A stretch of 61,220 bases of DNA, counting the filler, from Sluysia triapertura (Eukaryota), in NCBI GenBank assembly GCA_046118255.1. It is 5 parts of 5 records of this genome, joined end to end, with 100 filler letters (N's around TTAATTAATTAA, not from the genome) between each part and the next. Parts side by side here need not be neighbours in the genome. Positions count along the whole stretch, not along the records: positions 23,522 to 37,445 come from JBJNIA010014311.1; positions 37,546 to 50,200 come from JBJNIA010091567.1; 3 more parts are not named here. One strand, 5' to 3'. Position numbers and translations under genes: made by a program. The notes under the pieces are model-generated. The model did not search any database, had not been told where the DNA came from, and was given only the letters and a program-made list of their open reading frames with translations. Positions 27,101 through 40,781 of the stretch are shown piece after piece. Position 1 is the first letter of the stretch; each line of letters begins with the position of its first letter.

Positions 27101-30100
27101 ATTTATACGAGGTTATGTACCGTTTGTTTCAAAAATCTATGATTAACTATCTGAAGGTGACGATTCTTTCGAGTACTTATTCGCAGTAAATTAGCTAGAT
27201 AAATTAATGCATTATCGGATGTGATAAATTCACTTTTTCAGAGGTGCTTCTGGTGTAGAATCCAGTCAATTACGAATCACAGTTGCTCATGAAGGTGCCT
27301 TGTTGCGAGTTATTTTCTCGGATGTGATTGGTTTACCATCACCCTATCAGCTGTCGAATGAAACTTCTCTTCAATTATTCTTTTACCAAGACATCAGTGA
27401 GTCCACCCAAATACAACATCACTTGTTGCCACCCCACTCTTCGATACAGTACGCCCTTGATTATCCAACCGAAGCTGCTATCATCCACTTATCTCTTGAG
27501 GGTGGTACACATTCCAGTTTTTATCTGGACGATCTTCGTGATTCGTCGACAGCATCCGCCAAGTCACGTTATTCGTACTCGCACCACGCCAATTTCAAAC
27601 AAGCTGGCAGTCTTTACTATGACAACTTTTTGTATTTAACTGTTGCATCCAGCAAAACCAACACAGACCCACTGACTCCTCCATTGGTTTTTGATGTCCC
27701 TTCGACCAGTCGTCGAATAGTTTTGCGTCGGAAGAGTAACGGCACGCGGTCTCAATTGTGGTACTACTCCAGCAACTGCGAATTATTTCACGAAGGCTCC
27801 GTTGCACCTCACGATCCAAAACAACCATTGGATCGTTTCGAAGAAGAAAACTTACTACTCGATATTGTGCTCCTAGCTCCGCAACCATCATCAGAACAAC
27901 ATCGCCGCCAACTGTTCCAGCTGATTCTCGCCAAACCAGATCCGCGACGAGCTAAGTTTCAGAGATGGTTCTTTTCTGAAGTATATTTTTCCTTCTTAAA
28001 TTGATTTTTATCAACACTATTTCAAGCATATTTCAAGTAATTTATTACTAATTCGTTTACATGGAAAACAAGGCCAACAAAGGCAGCAAACATTCATAAA
28101 TTATTCTTAAGATGGTCGTTTCCTTTAAATAAAGTTTATCTTTGATAATTGTTGAGCAATCGAAATGAAAAATAAGTTCCTATTTTTAATTATATTCGAA
28201 AAATATAACAATTTTATAATTTTATAATTATATAACAATATTATAATTCTTAAAAGTTCGCCAGTACCATAAGAAATTCTGTTTTAAGTCGACATATTTC
28301 ATAAAACTGATTGACCGGGCCCAGTAATATGTACTGTATAAATTAGGATGGAAGCCTGTACAACAAATTCGGAATTAAGTGTACCATCGACAGGTATGAA
28401 GAAGGTTCTGTAGTGACTAGCGGTTACCAAAGCAACAGTGATTTCTTCATATACAAAGAATATCTCAGACCGGGTTAGATTTGTTCATTATGACAGTCAA
28501 TAATATTTTATTATTATTTCATTGAAATGTATCACACAACGGTGTTAAAATCGGCTTTGACTACACTATGTATTCAGTTCTTAAATTCAAGTCTTGGCAC
28601 TTGGTGACGGTTAATGCTGTGTTTTACAATATTATGGTGACGTCTTGAAAACTTACGACTTTATAGCAGAATTTGCATACAACTCCATCACTGTTTCGGC
28701 TAGAAGATAATGGCATCGGAAAACAGTTGCAGATGAAAGAGAGATAGCAAATACTGCGAGGTTTAAGAGAAAGCTAAGCTTCNNNNNNNNNNNNNNNNNN
28801 NNNNNNNNNNNNNNNNNNNNNNNNNNNNNNNNNNNNNNNNNNNNNNNNNNNNNNNNNNNNNNNNNNNNNNNNNNNNNNNNNNNNNNNNNNNNNNNNNNNN
28901 NNNNNNNNNNNNNNNNNNNNNNNNNNNNNNNNNNNNNNNNNNNNNNNNNNNNNNNNNNNNNNATAATAATAATGGTGATATGATGGTGATAATAATAATA
29001 ATGGTGATATGATGGTGATAATAATTAATAATAATAATAATGATTATGATTATGATGGTGATCGTGGTGATGATGATAATAATTTAAATGTTGAAAATAT
29101 AAACTATATTCGTCACTAGGGTGATGTTATTACCTGCTACATCTTTTAAATTGAATGTAATACTAACGTTGTAGAAACTACTTTTTATGGAGATGCCTGT
29201 TCCTAGTCAAGTAAGTGCTGTTAAATTAGAAGCATCGGGCTTAATAAATGAATTCTCAGATAAATGAATCTGTGGAACCGAAGAAGAGCTGTTACCTGTG
29301 ACGAATAGTAAAATTCGCGAACAGTAAAACTCCAGGCCTGCATTAAGTCAATGAAAGCACTAAAATCCAGATAATTATTTATAAACAATGTCTCAAATGA
29401 AAATGGGATGTGGTTGTTTTAAGATTATTATTTTATTATATTATAAATTATAATTATAATTATTTTACTATTCTTTTTTTAATAATGTATTTATCTCAGG
29501 AAGTGGAATAGTCGACGTATCTGTAGAAGTTAATGGACCAACACGTGTGGTTAGAATTGTGGATCGTGACGAAGAAGAGGCTCGTTTAGAAGCAATGAAA
29601 CAAGCCAAAACGAGATCGAGAATTAAAAAGGATGGAACAGATAATGACAATGATGATGATGATGATGATAGTGGTGACGATGTTAACGTTGTAAAAATAG
29701 ATGTAACTGTGTACTTGGAAGGATTTGGGATATTTCTGATTGATGAAGGTCCAGAAGAACTTATCTATATTGGTTTAGAAGGAGTGTGGTTTCGATGGGC
29801 GAGGGACGGAATTGCTATGATGGATCGAGGACAATTTGAAATATGTGTTATTATTATTACTATTATTATTGTCATTATTATTATTATTAAAATATCTATC
29901 ATTTAAACAATACGAAAAATGTTGGATTAACTCCTGATTCATCTGAAATTGTCCTAACAGAAGTTCTTGTGCTATCTTTAAATAATATGAACTTACATTT
30001 CTTGCAGCGTCTTCAAGTCGATAATCAACTGTCAGGCTCAATTTATACATGTTTTATCTTCGAACAAAACTGGAAAGCTGCATCTGGTTCTTCTGCATTG

Positions 30101-33100
30101 GTCGCAACATCATTTCCAGATTTATCTTCTGTCGATAATTCAGTTTATTTTCGATCTTCTGTACCGTCTCCAACGCCAACAGAATCTAGACCTACATTCA
30201 CACTGAAATTTGAAAGGCAACTCAATCATGAATACGACATTCATGTATTCAATTACATCAAGGTTATTTAATATTCATTTGGCAAACTAAGTCAATTTTG
30301 CAGGCTCGACTCGTATCAATGATAGTGCTTCTGGAAGAGAAAATGATATTGAAAATTTTGAAAATGTTCAGCGGAATATTCATACAAGAAGCTTCATTTG
30401 CAGAAGTAGATGAATTTTGCAATCTATACACTTCCGGTATCAGTATCCATAGAAATATGAGTATCACCAATGAAGTGTCGTCAAACTGTTTGACCAGTTC
30501 CACTGCCTCTCCACTGAATTATCATGACAGAATAAATCATGACGGTAAGAAAGTATACGTAGGGAAATTACAACTTCTAACTGGTACTATCATGCTGTCT
30601 GTGGTGACTGCGGAGTCCCTGGGTCCTGATCTGAAGAAGATGAAGCGTCTAATACCGTCTTTGATGGGATTTACAAATGCCAGTATTCATATCGGTATGT
30701 TTTACTATTCGAATTAACAAGCTTTATTTGAAATAGTTTATATTCTCACAAAATTATTGGCGCAACTTCTTGCGTTAGATTATTTCCGTGAAATAATGCT
30801 TGGCGCGGTTTGTTTGAGAATGAGGATCGTAAGCATTATCCATTAAAAAATTGGGTGTGAAAAACTGAAAATCAATTAAATTCTAAAAGCTAAAGTTAAA
30901 TCAATTTTTTGTGTATGTTGACAATATTGATGATGGTTATTTTAGTGTGAGAAGTAATTTAATTAAAAATAGATTGAGTAGATTAGAAGAAAATAATGCT
31001 CTCTACTTAATAAAGTATTATACTATGTTACTGTCGAGCTATTCAGGGATGATTGGATGACGAGAAAATATAAAAGGGAATTGTACAATACAAGAGACAA
31101 TGATTAGTTTCATGTGAAAATCCATGAATATTTGCTAATAATTTTTATATTTATTATAAAAATATATTTAATTATTTTTGGGATATCGCTCTTTTTATTG
31201 AATAATAAAGATATATTAAGAATTTTTTGGAACTCCTCTTTTTAATTTTGTGAATTGCGTCATCTTTGGTTTAGTAAATACAGTGGCGGCCAAATTATTA
31301 GACTTAAACAAGAAAAATATATTTTTTCTTTGGTTTTCTTAATATTTGCCACTCTGGCCTGGAAATTCTCCAGACATGAATCCCATAGAAAATATGTGAC
31401 AAATTGTAAAAAGGAATTTCTACCCATAAACCAACCACCAGGACGAAACTTATTGAAACCTAATAAAAGTATGGCATTGCGATGACGAGATCAAAGACTT
31501 GTGTCCCAAGCTCATCCGTGGCATGCCTTTAAGGATCAGGAAATTATTTGATAATAAAGGAGGGTAAACAAAGTACTGATACAACCTTCGTACATATTTG
31601 ATTTGTGGTAAATTGTGTTATCACATTCTACATGAATAAAACTTATGTATGTTTTGAATCTCAGTATTTTTATCTATTATTTTACTTTCACCAGAATTTT
31701 TTTGGAAAAAACAGTTATTTTCCAACATTTTACATTTTCCGTGACACCTGTCAGTACATGGCATGTATTTATACACTTGATTAATAGTTTCATAGTATCT
31801 TAGAAAATGTTGAATTTTATCACAAAATGGTTGTCTTTAGTACAATAATTTGGCCACCACTGTACATTATCACAAAATTCGTTATTTAATATTTATTCCG
31901 AATCTTGGACTTTTATTAGTATTAATCGATAATTGTGAGATTTGTTAGACTTGCTTGTGATAACTATTTAATTGTAGTATTTTGCATCATATCGAATATA
32001 ATTGAGTTTGAATTTTATTTTGAATTCAAATTAAGTCATTAATTCATCAATTCTGTATTGTTGGATTTAAATAGAAATTGTTACTATTGCAGAACCCTAC
32101 GATGAAGAACATGTTTTCAATACTTCTGATTTAATCTCGCAATCCATAGTGAGTCATATTCGCAGTCAGCTTCGAAATCAAGCAATTCATATATTCGGAA
32201 CAGTGGATTTTCTCGGTAACCCTTTAGGATTCATCAGTGACATCGGTAGTGCCATGAGGTTGTTTTATGCTGAGAAAAACATTAAAAGTATGGTTCGACA
32301 TTTTGCGCATGGGATCGGTGATAGTACAGCCAAAATATGTGGAACTGCTGGTCGATTGGTGACAGAACTGGCACTGGATCCGGCATACGCGGCACGAAGA
32401 CAAGAATTATTTGAGGCGGCCCGTCAGTCTGACAGTAAATCAGCACAGTTGGTAGCTGGATGGAAGAGTTTGTGGCACGGTTTGTACGGAGGCTTGAAAA
32501 GTGTACCAAGTCAATCTTGGAGAGGTTATCAAGATGAAGGTGCAACGGTTAGGTTTTATTGATTCATTTTTGTAGAATTCTAATTTTTCCTAATTTTGAT
32601 TTATGATATATTTAATTTATTCATTATGAATATTTACACTTCACGAACACCGCCGACTGTTTTACGGAATTTGAGACGCATGTATTTTTATACATGAAAT
32701 GAAATAACTTCAAAACAACACATCATTTTTTAATCAAAATTTCACACGATTTTAATAAATAAACTTTTTTGCTTCTCTACGAAGCCTGTTTTATGTAAAT
32801 TTTATATAAATTTCTGTTCTAGAACCTTATTTTTATACTTATTTCAAATGAATTATTCTTTTTCACCTATCGATTGTTTTTATTCAGGGTTTATTACTAG
32901 GTACCATTAAAGGAGTTCTGGGTATAGTTACGAAACCGGTAGGCGGTATGCTGGACCTTGCCACAGGTACAGCTACAAGTTTCAGAGAAATGGCACGCTC
33001 ATCTCGAGAAGGTCAGCCAGGTCGTTATCATATACCACGATCGCAAAATTACCGTGGCAATACGTTTCTACTACAACAGATTGACAATAGCGTGTGGGAT

Positions 33101-33964
33101 TTGGAATTGGAAACAGATTCCACCAATCATGAACGCTTGGCTAGGTCGGTATTTATCTAAATTATTGAAATATATTTACTTTTTAAACACTACTTTAATG
33201 GTATAATGAAGTTACTGTTCTACTTTTATTTATCTTCACTTTTATTAGTCTATTTTGAGCCAATCAGAATTCATTGTATTATTGATATTCCAGAGCACAG
33301 AAAATTCTCAGTTCTGCTTCGTATTCAGATAATTTATCTGCTGCCGGTAAATCTATAAATATATTTAATGGATTACCTCACACCGCTTTCAATATATCTC
33401 CAAATACACACCTTTCAATATCGAGTTCTATTCCTACCAATAGCGCGGCTGGAAATTATGGAATTAATGTCGAAAAAATTTTCGGTTTTTTTTCCATGCA
33501 AAAGGTTATCTAAATTATATTCATCAAAATAAATAAAAGCAAATTAATTAATTATTTAGACCAATCAAAGTTCAAATGATTTTGAAATTCTAATTACCAA
33601 TCGATCAGTATATATTATTCGTAGTTTTACTACCAAAATCATCAAACATTTACATTATGCCAGTCTTGCAATACCACCAGTACAAATTGTACGCCAAGAC
33701 GGATCAATTTATATTAAACTTTGTCAATGTAATTCACTTACCTCATCTTCGTCATCATCAAATTTGAATAGTTCAACTTCAGCATCCGCAGCAGTCAATT
33801 ATCAATCACTTTATACTAATCGGTCTTATGAATCTTCACTTTCCATCGGCACTCTGCCAGGACCTATGTTCAAATGTGATACAGATGAAATTGCTAATGT
33901 GATTGTTGATTTCATATGTGAGGCATTCACAGACTTTCTGGAAATGACATTTTCCATTTGTTAA
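24186..33964 (+). CDS. VPS13D: VPS13D bridge-like lipid transfer protein, C-terminal ~1,215 aa (end of VAB/SHR-BD region, ricin-B-like segment, ATG2_C/VPS13_C, PH-like tail); 5'-truncated in this window
   Basis: Eleven GT-AG exons join in phase: 24186-24479, 26891-27059, 27242-27980, 28347-28473, 29500-29846, 30008-30262, 30304-30694, 32093-32547, 32888-33144, 33294-33504, 33560-33964 (TAA). Collinear VPS13D-type motifs: FNIGLEVRPGLGR..MVIFTARYILDNRSS, FHWPRED, WSGGFLIDKPNSFHI, LYYDNFLY, RSQLW..HEGS..PHDP, LRPGSG..GPTRV, LQVDNQL, GTVDFLGNPLG, GIVTKPVGG. The 29846 donor is the least certain boundary. Confidence 0.93.
26528..26731. mobile_element. Right-end fragment of the same MITE family in a VPS13D intron
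   Basis: Matches ~31668-31862 and ends AATAATTTGGGCACCACTG|TA. Confidence 0.85.
31281..31862. mobile_element. Complete 582-bp Tc1/mariner-type MITE in a VPS13D intron
   Basis: TIRs CAGTGGCGGCCAAATTATT / AATAATTTGGCCACCACTG with TA on both sides. No transposase. Confidence 0.9.
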
Positions 33965-34059
33965 GCGTAATTATCATATCATATTTTCTGAATATATTTC
34001 TATTATATATATGAGATTGTGCTTTTATAGTGAAGTAAATAAATTTGTCTTATTTTTAC

Positions 34060-34330
34060 ATCTGGAAACTAAGATACAATATTTCATTGAGACAATAATA
34101 ATAATCTATACAGAATCCACAGTGATAATAATGGGTTGTATGCCGTTTGTTTCAAAAATATACAACCAGTACTATCACAGGATGACAAATTACTGGAAGA
34201 TTATGAAATATTTAAGAAAAATACAAAGTTCTTTCTTATTCAGAAAAATAATGAATAATTTATTTTAATCTATCTTGAGTACTTATTTTGCAGTAGATAT
34301 AAATTAATGTATTATATTTAATTGTTTTAA
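34060..34330 (+). repeat. Copy of the 3-copy dispersed repeat between VPS13D and FAM136A
   Basis: Shares ATATTTCATTGAGACA.TAATAATAATCTATACAGAATCCACA and adjoining blocks with the reverse complement of 8195-8450. Confidence 0.8.
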
Positions 34331-34529
34331 TATTACAAACCTTTTTTTAATTTCAATAATTTGAAAGCTTTAAAATAATTATTTTAACAAGTATTATGTA
34401 GTTTCAAAATATTTTGTTTATTATTATAAACGTTATAATTATTATCGTTAGAACTATAGTTATAATTGCTCATTTTTTACTCTTATTTAATAAGTTCATA
34501 TTTTAATATAATTTTTTAATTTAAGTAAA

Positions 34530-35025
34530 ATGAATGAAGAGTTTAAGAAATTGCAGTCACATTATCAAAATAAATTCCAGGATTCTATTGAAACACTGGA
34601 TAAAAGTTTGTTAAGAACGATGCAAAATGAGCAATTTTTGTGTTCGGCAGAATGTTGTCAAGATATGTCATTATCAAGTGAACAGCTGAATTCCTGTTTA
34701 GAAAGATGTAGTCAAAAGGTTTTAAGTGCTAAAAATTTTATTGAGCATGAAATTACAGGTTTCAATGTATGCTGTTAAATTAATTTTATTTATCACTCAT
34801 TAATTAAACTACATTTAGAGTCGTTTGAATCGTTGTATTACTGAATGTTCGGATAAAGAGAAAGATATTCTATCGACAAAAAAACCATCTGCAAGTGACA
34901 TTGATCAAGCTGAACAAAGAATTCTTGATTGTAGTCGACAATGCGTTGATAATCACTTAAATACAAATCTGCCTTTGTTAATGAATCGAATAAAAAACAA
35001 ATTTAGTGATAGTGGAACTTTGTGA
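34530..35025 (+). CDS. FAM136A: FAM136A (DUF842) family small Cys-rich protein, 2 exons
   Basis: Exons 34530-34766 and 34819-35025 joined by a 52-nt phase-0 GT-AG intron. Motifs LRTMQNEQFLCSAECC, CLERC, FNSRLNRCITECSDK, CSRQCVDNHL give the twin CX3C pattern of FAM136A. Confidence 0.9.
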
Positions 35026-35399
35026 GGATAATTCGTACAGAAAGTGGCATCGAATTAGAAGTTTGATATTCAATCAAGTAGCTTTTACGAAGATTTGAAT
35101 CGATGGTTTAATCATTTAATTAATTTAGTGCTTATCAATTTTTTTGGTTTTCTCTAGGATTATATATTAGCTTTTCTATATGTTTTGGAGTTTTAATTTA
35201 TGACAACGTCTATTTTTTTAACAATATTAATAAATGATCATACACCAAGCAGGTTTTATCTAATAATTTTAAAATACTATTTATTCTCCTTTTGTAATTG
35301 CTTTTTATCTAATTGCTTTTTTATTAAACTGAGTAATTAACGAGAAAAATTTAAATCATTTTTTACTATTAATTATTGAAGGTAACGAAAAGTCTTACC

Positions 35400-37355
35400 T
35401 TTCTGTGCTAATGTAGTGTGCAGGCAGCAACGAGTTTATTGTGAATAGTTGTTCAGCGATATATAAAATGCAATGGACGTGGCAGCAGGATGGTGTCAGG
35501 GCTTCCGTTCAGCAGCGATAGATCGGCACTTAAAAATTGTCCATTTGAAAATAAGCTTGGATTTCTAGGTTTAGATGCTGCTCTGAAGTGCACAAGCGAC
35601 CTTCTGAACATCTGTGAGTGTAAAATAACGTGTGCCTTTAAAAAACTTTGTAAAAATAAATAGCTGTTTGACAAACTTTCCGCTTCTCTAACGACCACCC
35701 TTTATTTGCCTAGTCACAATTACTAATTATACGCACACATTAAATGTACTTTAAGGTCATTAGCGAAGTTATTTACAATAAGTAAGGATTATTCTTTTCG
35801 TCAATATTGGATTTTATCAAATAGTATTTATTTATCAAATGTAGAATTAGTGAAACAAAACTATTTGTACAATCATAGAAAGCTTTCATTGAGTATGATA
35901 CGAATGCACTGTCACATCAGTAGATATAAACGATATTAAGTTATTATTAATTATGCTTTTCAATTATACAAATGGAATCTGTAGTGTGCCATTAATCAGT
36001 CTATGGTTCAATGCGACAAATATTTTATTGATCAGAGATCCCAAGATGTACTAGTTTGCGTCTTTAACCTCTGTAAGGTTTTGTCATCCATGTCCACACC
36101 TAGTTATAATATTCGCATCGTAATGGAATTTTTGCTCTAGGGGATACAAGCCAGTTCGAGGCTTATCTCGGAAATTTAAAGTGAAGATCAACTTTCTCTT
36201 CGCCATAAACGGTGTGGTATTGGAGCTATCATTATTGAAATTAGGAAAGAGAAAAAGGAGATCAAGCGAGATGCTATACTCCTGAAATTCTCTTTGCGTC
36301 ATACATTCATAATTATCATAAGGAAGCTTCAACTCAAATAAAAGTTTTGGTAAAGTATCGTTTCTTTTTCGGTACACGGACTGTTGCGTCTTTAAAATTT
36401 ATTAGTTAATGCAACCCAATATTATTATCTTGAATAACTTAAGAGAATCTTACTAATTTCAATAGTCAGTATATCAAGTATAAATTTGCCGTAATCTTAA
36501 TTTTATAATATTAATAAGCATACGGTGATGTTAATATTCACAAATTCTACCGCGACAGCATAATACGTTTCGTGAATTCTTATTGTAATCATCAACAAAT
36601 AAACAAAAAAATATTATCGAAGAGACAGCAACAAATAGACATTGAATCAAACTCCCCATGACGACATTGTCAAATCAATTAACAAGATGCATCGATCCAT
36701 TTAAAATATCAAACAAATTCTCTTCTTTATTAAGAATACCAGAGCGCCTATCAAATGTCTGAGTATTTATTTCATAGTAGATAATTTTATAGATATAAAA
36801 ATTATTACTATAAGGGTCATAATTTTTATTCAGCAATCAAGGTTAGTGAATCTTTCATTAAGTTTACAATCATTTTTTTACTGTTACAATCCCAATATTT
36901 GTTATAATCTCTTCCTCTTTTAAATGTTTAAGTCTTATAAGCTTTGAAAAGTTAAATTAAATGAGATAATGTATTCCTGAAAGAAATCCAGTGTTTGAAT
37001 TTCAACAGTCATTATAGAAATTATACACTTATTATTACACTAGAGATCTTTACTGCATCGACCAAGTTACCAGGCATAGAGAATATCTTTGTCTTTTAGG
37101 AAAAACCTACTCAAAGTTGTACTTGCTGTTGGACCTCACTGTGCCGGTCAAGACGTGAGATCATCGCAATAGCAAACATTTTTGTTCGTGGCGCTCATGA
37201 CGAAAAACTGCTAGGGAATTCGGCATAGTTCCACGAGTCTATATTATCCCGTTTGAATAGCCTAAAGAGTAAGCCACAAGATGACACGATATTTGATCGT
37301 CATTTCTGTTGTTATCTGATCGCCACATATTCAAGTCAAAAATATGCAGTACACA
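35400..37355 (-). mobile_element. Highly degenerate BEL/Pao LTR-retrotransposon pol (RT, RNase H, pre-integrase)
   Basis: Collinear remnants: YRVILW..YRL..RIP, CYCDDLTS (YVDD), LFDILNG (FDPLG), LPKLLFELKLPYD (KLL..KLxWD), FMAKRK (AKSR), KIFVALNHR (KxFVANR), REAES..LQSF, ADL...ILLP..H...HNKL. Many stops. Family A LTR 3' pieces sit at ~36382-36640 and 37356-37445. Confidence 0.65.
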
Positions 37356-40323
37356 TGTTGCGTCTTTAATGCTTGCTAAATATTAAGCTCACTATTAAAG
37401 TCCTATTTAGTTAAAATCTTAATAGTTTCAATAGCTAGTATACTANNNNNNNNNNNNNNNNNNNNNNNNNNNNNNNNNNNNNNNNNNNNTTAATTAATTA
37501 ANNNNNNNNNNNNNNNNNNNNNNNNNNNNNNNNNNNNNNNNNNNNTTGCACCATTTATTTATTTGCTCAAGCTTTTTGACTCAATTGCTATTTGATTTTC
37601 GTCTACGCAATTATTGTTCCTGCTTTTCAACGATTTTCCTCTTAAAAGGTCGTTAGTTTGATTAATTTAAGTTTTTTCTATTTCAATAAAAATAAAATTT
37701 TACGTAAATTACTTTTGTTAATTTTTGTCACTCATTTTTAAGAAGCGTGAAAACATTTTATAAGTTTAATCTTGAAAGATTATATATTAATCTTGTTAAA
37801 CTTTTATTTTATTATTATATGTTTGTCAAATTATTATATGTTATAAATTTAACGATTGTAAGTTGTTATAATATTTTTTTACTCTTGTTTATTTTGTTGC
37901 CTAAAGTAAAGCAACAGGAAAACTATAAAACAGTAATTTGTAATTAAGGTCCACCGTTAATCAAAATAACATTTCTGATTTGAATTTTAAAGTCATTTAT
38001 AATTTAGACATAATAGAGTATTTTGAAAATTATCACCTAAAATAATTGTGATTTTAAGTATTATCTGTAATTGGATATATTATTTGATAAACGTTTAAAA
38101 AGACTAAAATTGACATTGCACAAGCCACGATATCCTTGCCCAAAATATATAATTGTTTCAAAATAAACCTAATTGTACCTCCATATAAGTTCTTTTAAGA
38201 TACTGCTTACAACTTAGCACTTAAGTGAGTAAGTCTAAGATTGTGATACTCAGAGCATAAGAAAATAAAATTTAAGCAAAAACATATAAACTTTAACAAA
38301 TAATAAAATGTAGATAAATATGTAATATAATTATAATTCATTTTTACAATTACATCCCTACAGGAATAATTATATAAGTGATATTAATTATTATAGTTTT
38401 AATTTATTTTATTATTATTTGTTTTACTAAATTATTTAATTATTATTTGTTTTAATAACTCTAACATAAGGTCAAGCCTAAATTAATAAAAGTAACATCA
38501 AAATTACAAAAATTAACACAAAAATAATAAATAAACTTTTAAAATTTTACTGACAGCTGTCATTTTAATTTTTTGGAAAGAAAAATCTTAATCATCCTGT
38601 CAAAAAAGATATTTTCGTGATTATCGTTAGTTTATTTTTGTTTAAGTTTACGTACAAAGCAAAGTCTTACTAAACATAACTTTAAATTCTTTCAGAACCA
38701 TGTAAAAGGTTCGGTATAAAATCATTGAATAAAATTTATTTTCTGAGATTAACGTCAATAGTGTTTATTTAATAAATCTTTAAAAGGCTTAACCTTAATT
38801 ATAATTTTTTTTAATATTTTTGTCTAATTTTAAATAAAAATAAACTTTATCTATTTGTTAGATTTGTTACTTTAAACCTTTTGTATTGCTTTCATAAACG
38901 CTTATTTTTATTATCAGAAAGTGAAAATTTTCAAGTTCAGATTGATAGAATCAATGCAAAATCCATTACACATACATAATTACTTTTGAACACATTAAAA
39001 TATTAATTAACGATCCAATCTAAGAAGGATCATTCGTAAAATACGTAGTTTCAAGTTTTATAAATTAAAACACTTGATCCACTTTTTAAATCCGAAATTT
39101 CACATCGGATATTGCAAACTATTTAATGCTATAGATCATACTTAATAAGGACCTTCTGTAAAATTTTAATAATAACAAAATGTTAAACTAAAATTCCCAT
39201 TAATTTATTAAAGATTCTAAATGACAGAATACCATACGCACCTCATTATATGTTACTAAACATAGTTAATATTAAAAATGAGAAATTCACCTCCAATAAT
39301 TTTGCATTGCTATTTATTTAACAAAATAATTTTACCATTATTTTATACATGAATTAAATAGATATATAAATTATAATCAATTTTATACATAAAATAATAA
39401 TTAATAATAATTAAATAAAATATCAAAATATTATTTGCACAATTACATGAATTACATATTTTTCTTCGAACATATTTTTGAAAAATTAGAGATCATAAAA
39501 TGAATTTCATATTTTTTTAAATTTTAGAATCATGTAACATGTTTAATTACGTTCTGACAAATTCACTAACGAAAATAATTAGTCAAAAAATAGTAGGTGT
39601 ACAATGGAAAGATTTGTTTAAAAAATGTAATAAATATGGGTGCGATACTCATAAAAATGAGAAAATCTCAACATTAAAGCTCGAAAAATTTACACAAGAT
39701 TTAACTGTGGTGGCCAACATCTTTACTCAACAATTTAATACATCACACTACATTAAAAATCATATTTTTGTCATCATCCAAAGCATTCATTATATCAAAA
39801 ATCATTAAATTTGTATTTAAAATTTAGAAATAGAAATGGAATTTCTTTTAACACTTTTAACTTCACTAATTCCCTAACTTCACTAACTTCTTTCCATTTT
39901 TATTATCTTCTTTTCTTTTCATCGTCTACAATAATCCAAAAGATCTTGTAGAGTACCCACTCAATTGAACTAAGATCCAAATTTACACTTTATACAGTAT
40001 TTCATACATGAAAAACAAATAGTCATTATTACGTTCCACGAAAAAAGTCGACTAAAAATAAATTTCATGGAAATAAGAATAGGAACATTAAATGACACCA
40101 CTTCATTTTTCATAGTTGTAAAGAGAATTATTAAAAATTTAGATTTATATAAGTAAAGTTTAGTAACAGTGAGTTGAACATGTAGTAGGAGAACAAGCAT
40201 CAGAACGAGAATTAGATAATAAGCTTCAAGAAGACAATTAAGGAGAACAATTTCACAATATATAGGAATAATAAAAGAATTAAGTTTTAAAATAGAAAGT
40301 TTGTGTTTTTAATTTCTTTTCTA

Positions 40324-40383
<60 letters not shown>

Positions 40384-40781
40384 ACTATTATTATTATTAT
40401 TACATTATCATTATTATTACCATTATTAATTATTATGATTATGATTATTATCATTATTGTAATCACTAATTGTGTTATTTATTGTTGTACTGTCAACTCT
40501 GACAGTTTTTATTATGTGTTTAATTTATTTACTGTCAACCAACGACAGTTTTTAATTATTAAAGATTTATGGTAAAGATTTCACATAGCAACAATACAGT
40601 TGATTTTATTGGCCATTAAAATTTATGTTGTTATTACTTGTAATTTTCATTGGACGATACAAAACCATTCAAAAAACAAGATTAATGCAAATATTTGAAC
40701 ATAATTTTAAACTCTAGGAGTCATACACAAATATTGTATAGAATAATAAAGAATCCAACTTTTCATCTAAATTATTTTAAA

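Noticed and set aside
33249-33346. Alternative VPS13D exon from the TTTATTAG acceptor at 33248
   Set aside because: It gives an immediate stop in the phase set by the 33144 donor, whereas the 33293 acceptor gives a continuous frame to the terminal exon.
40303-40575. Poly-Tyr/Ile ORF
   Set aside because: Translation of a (TAT)n microsatellite.
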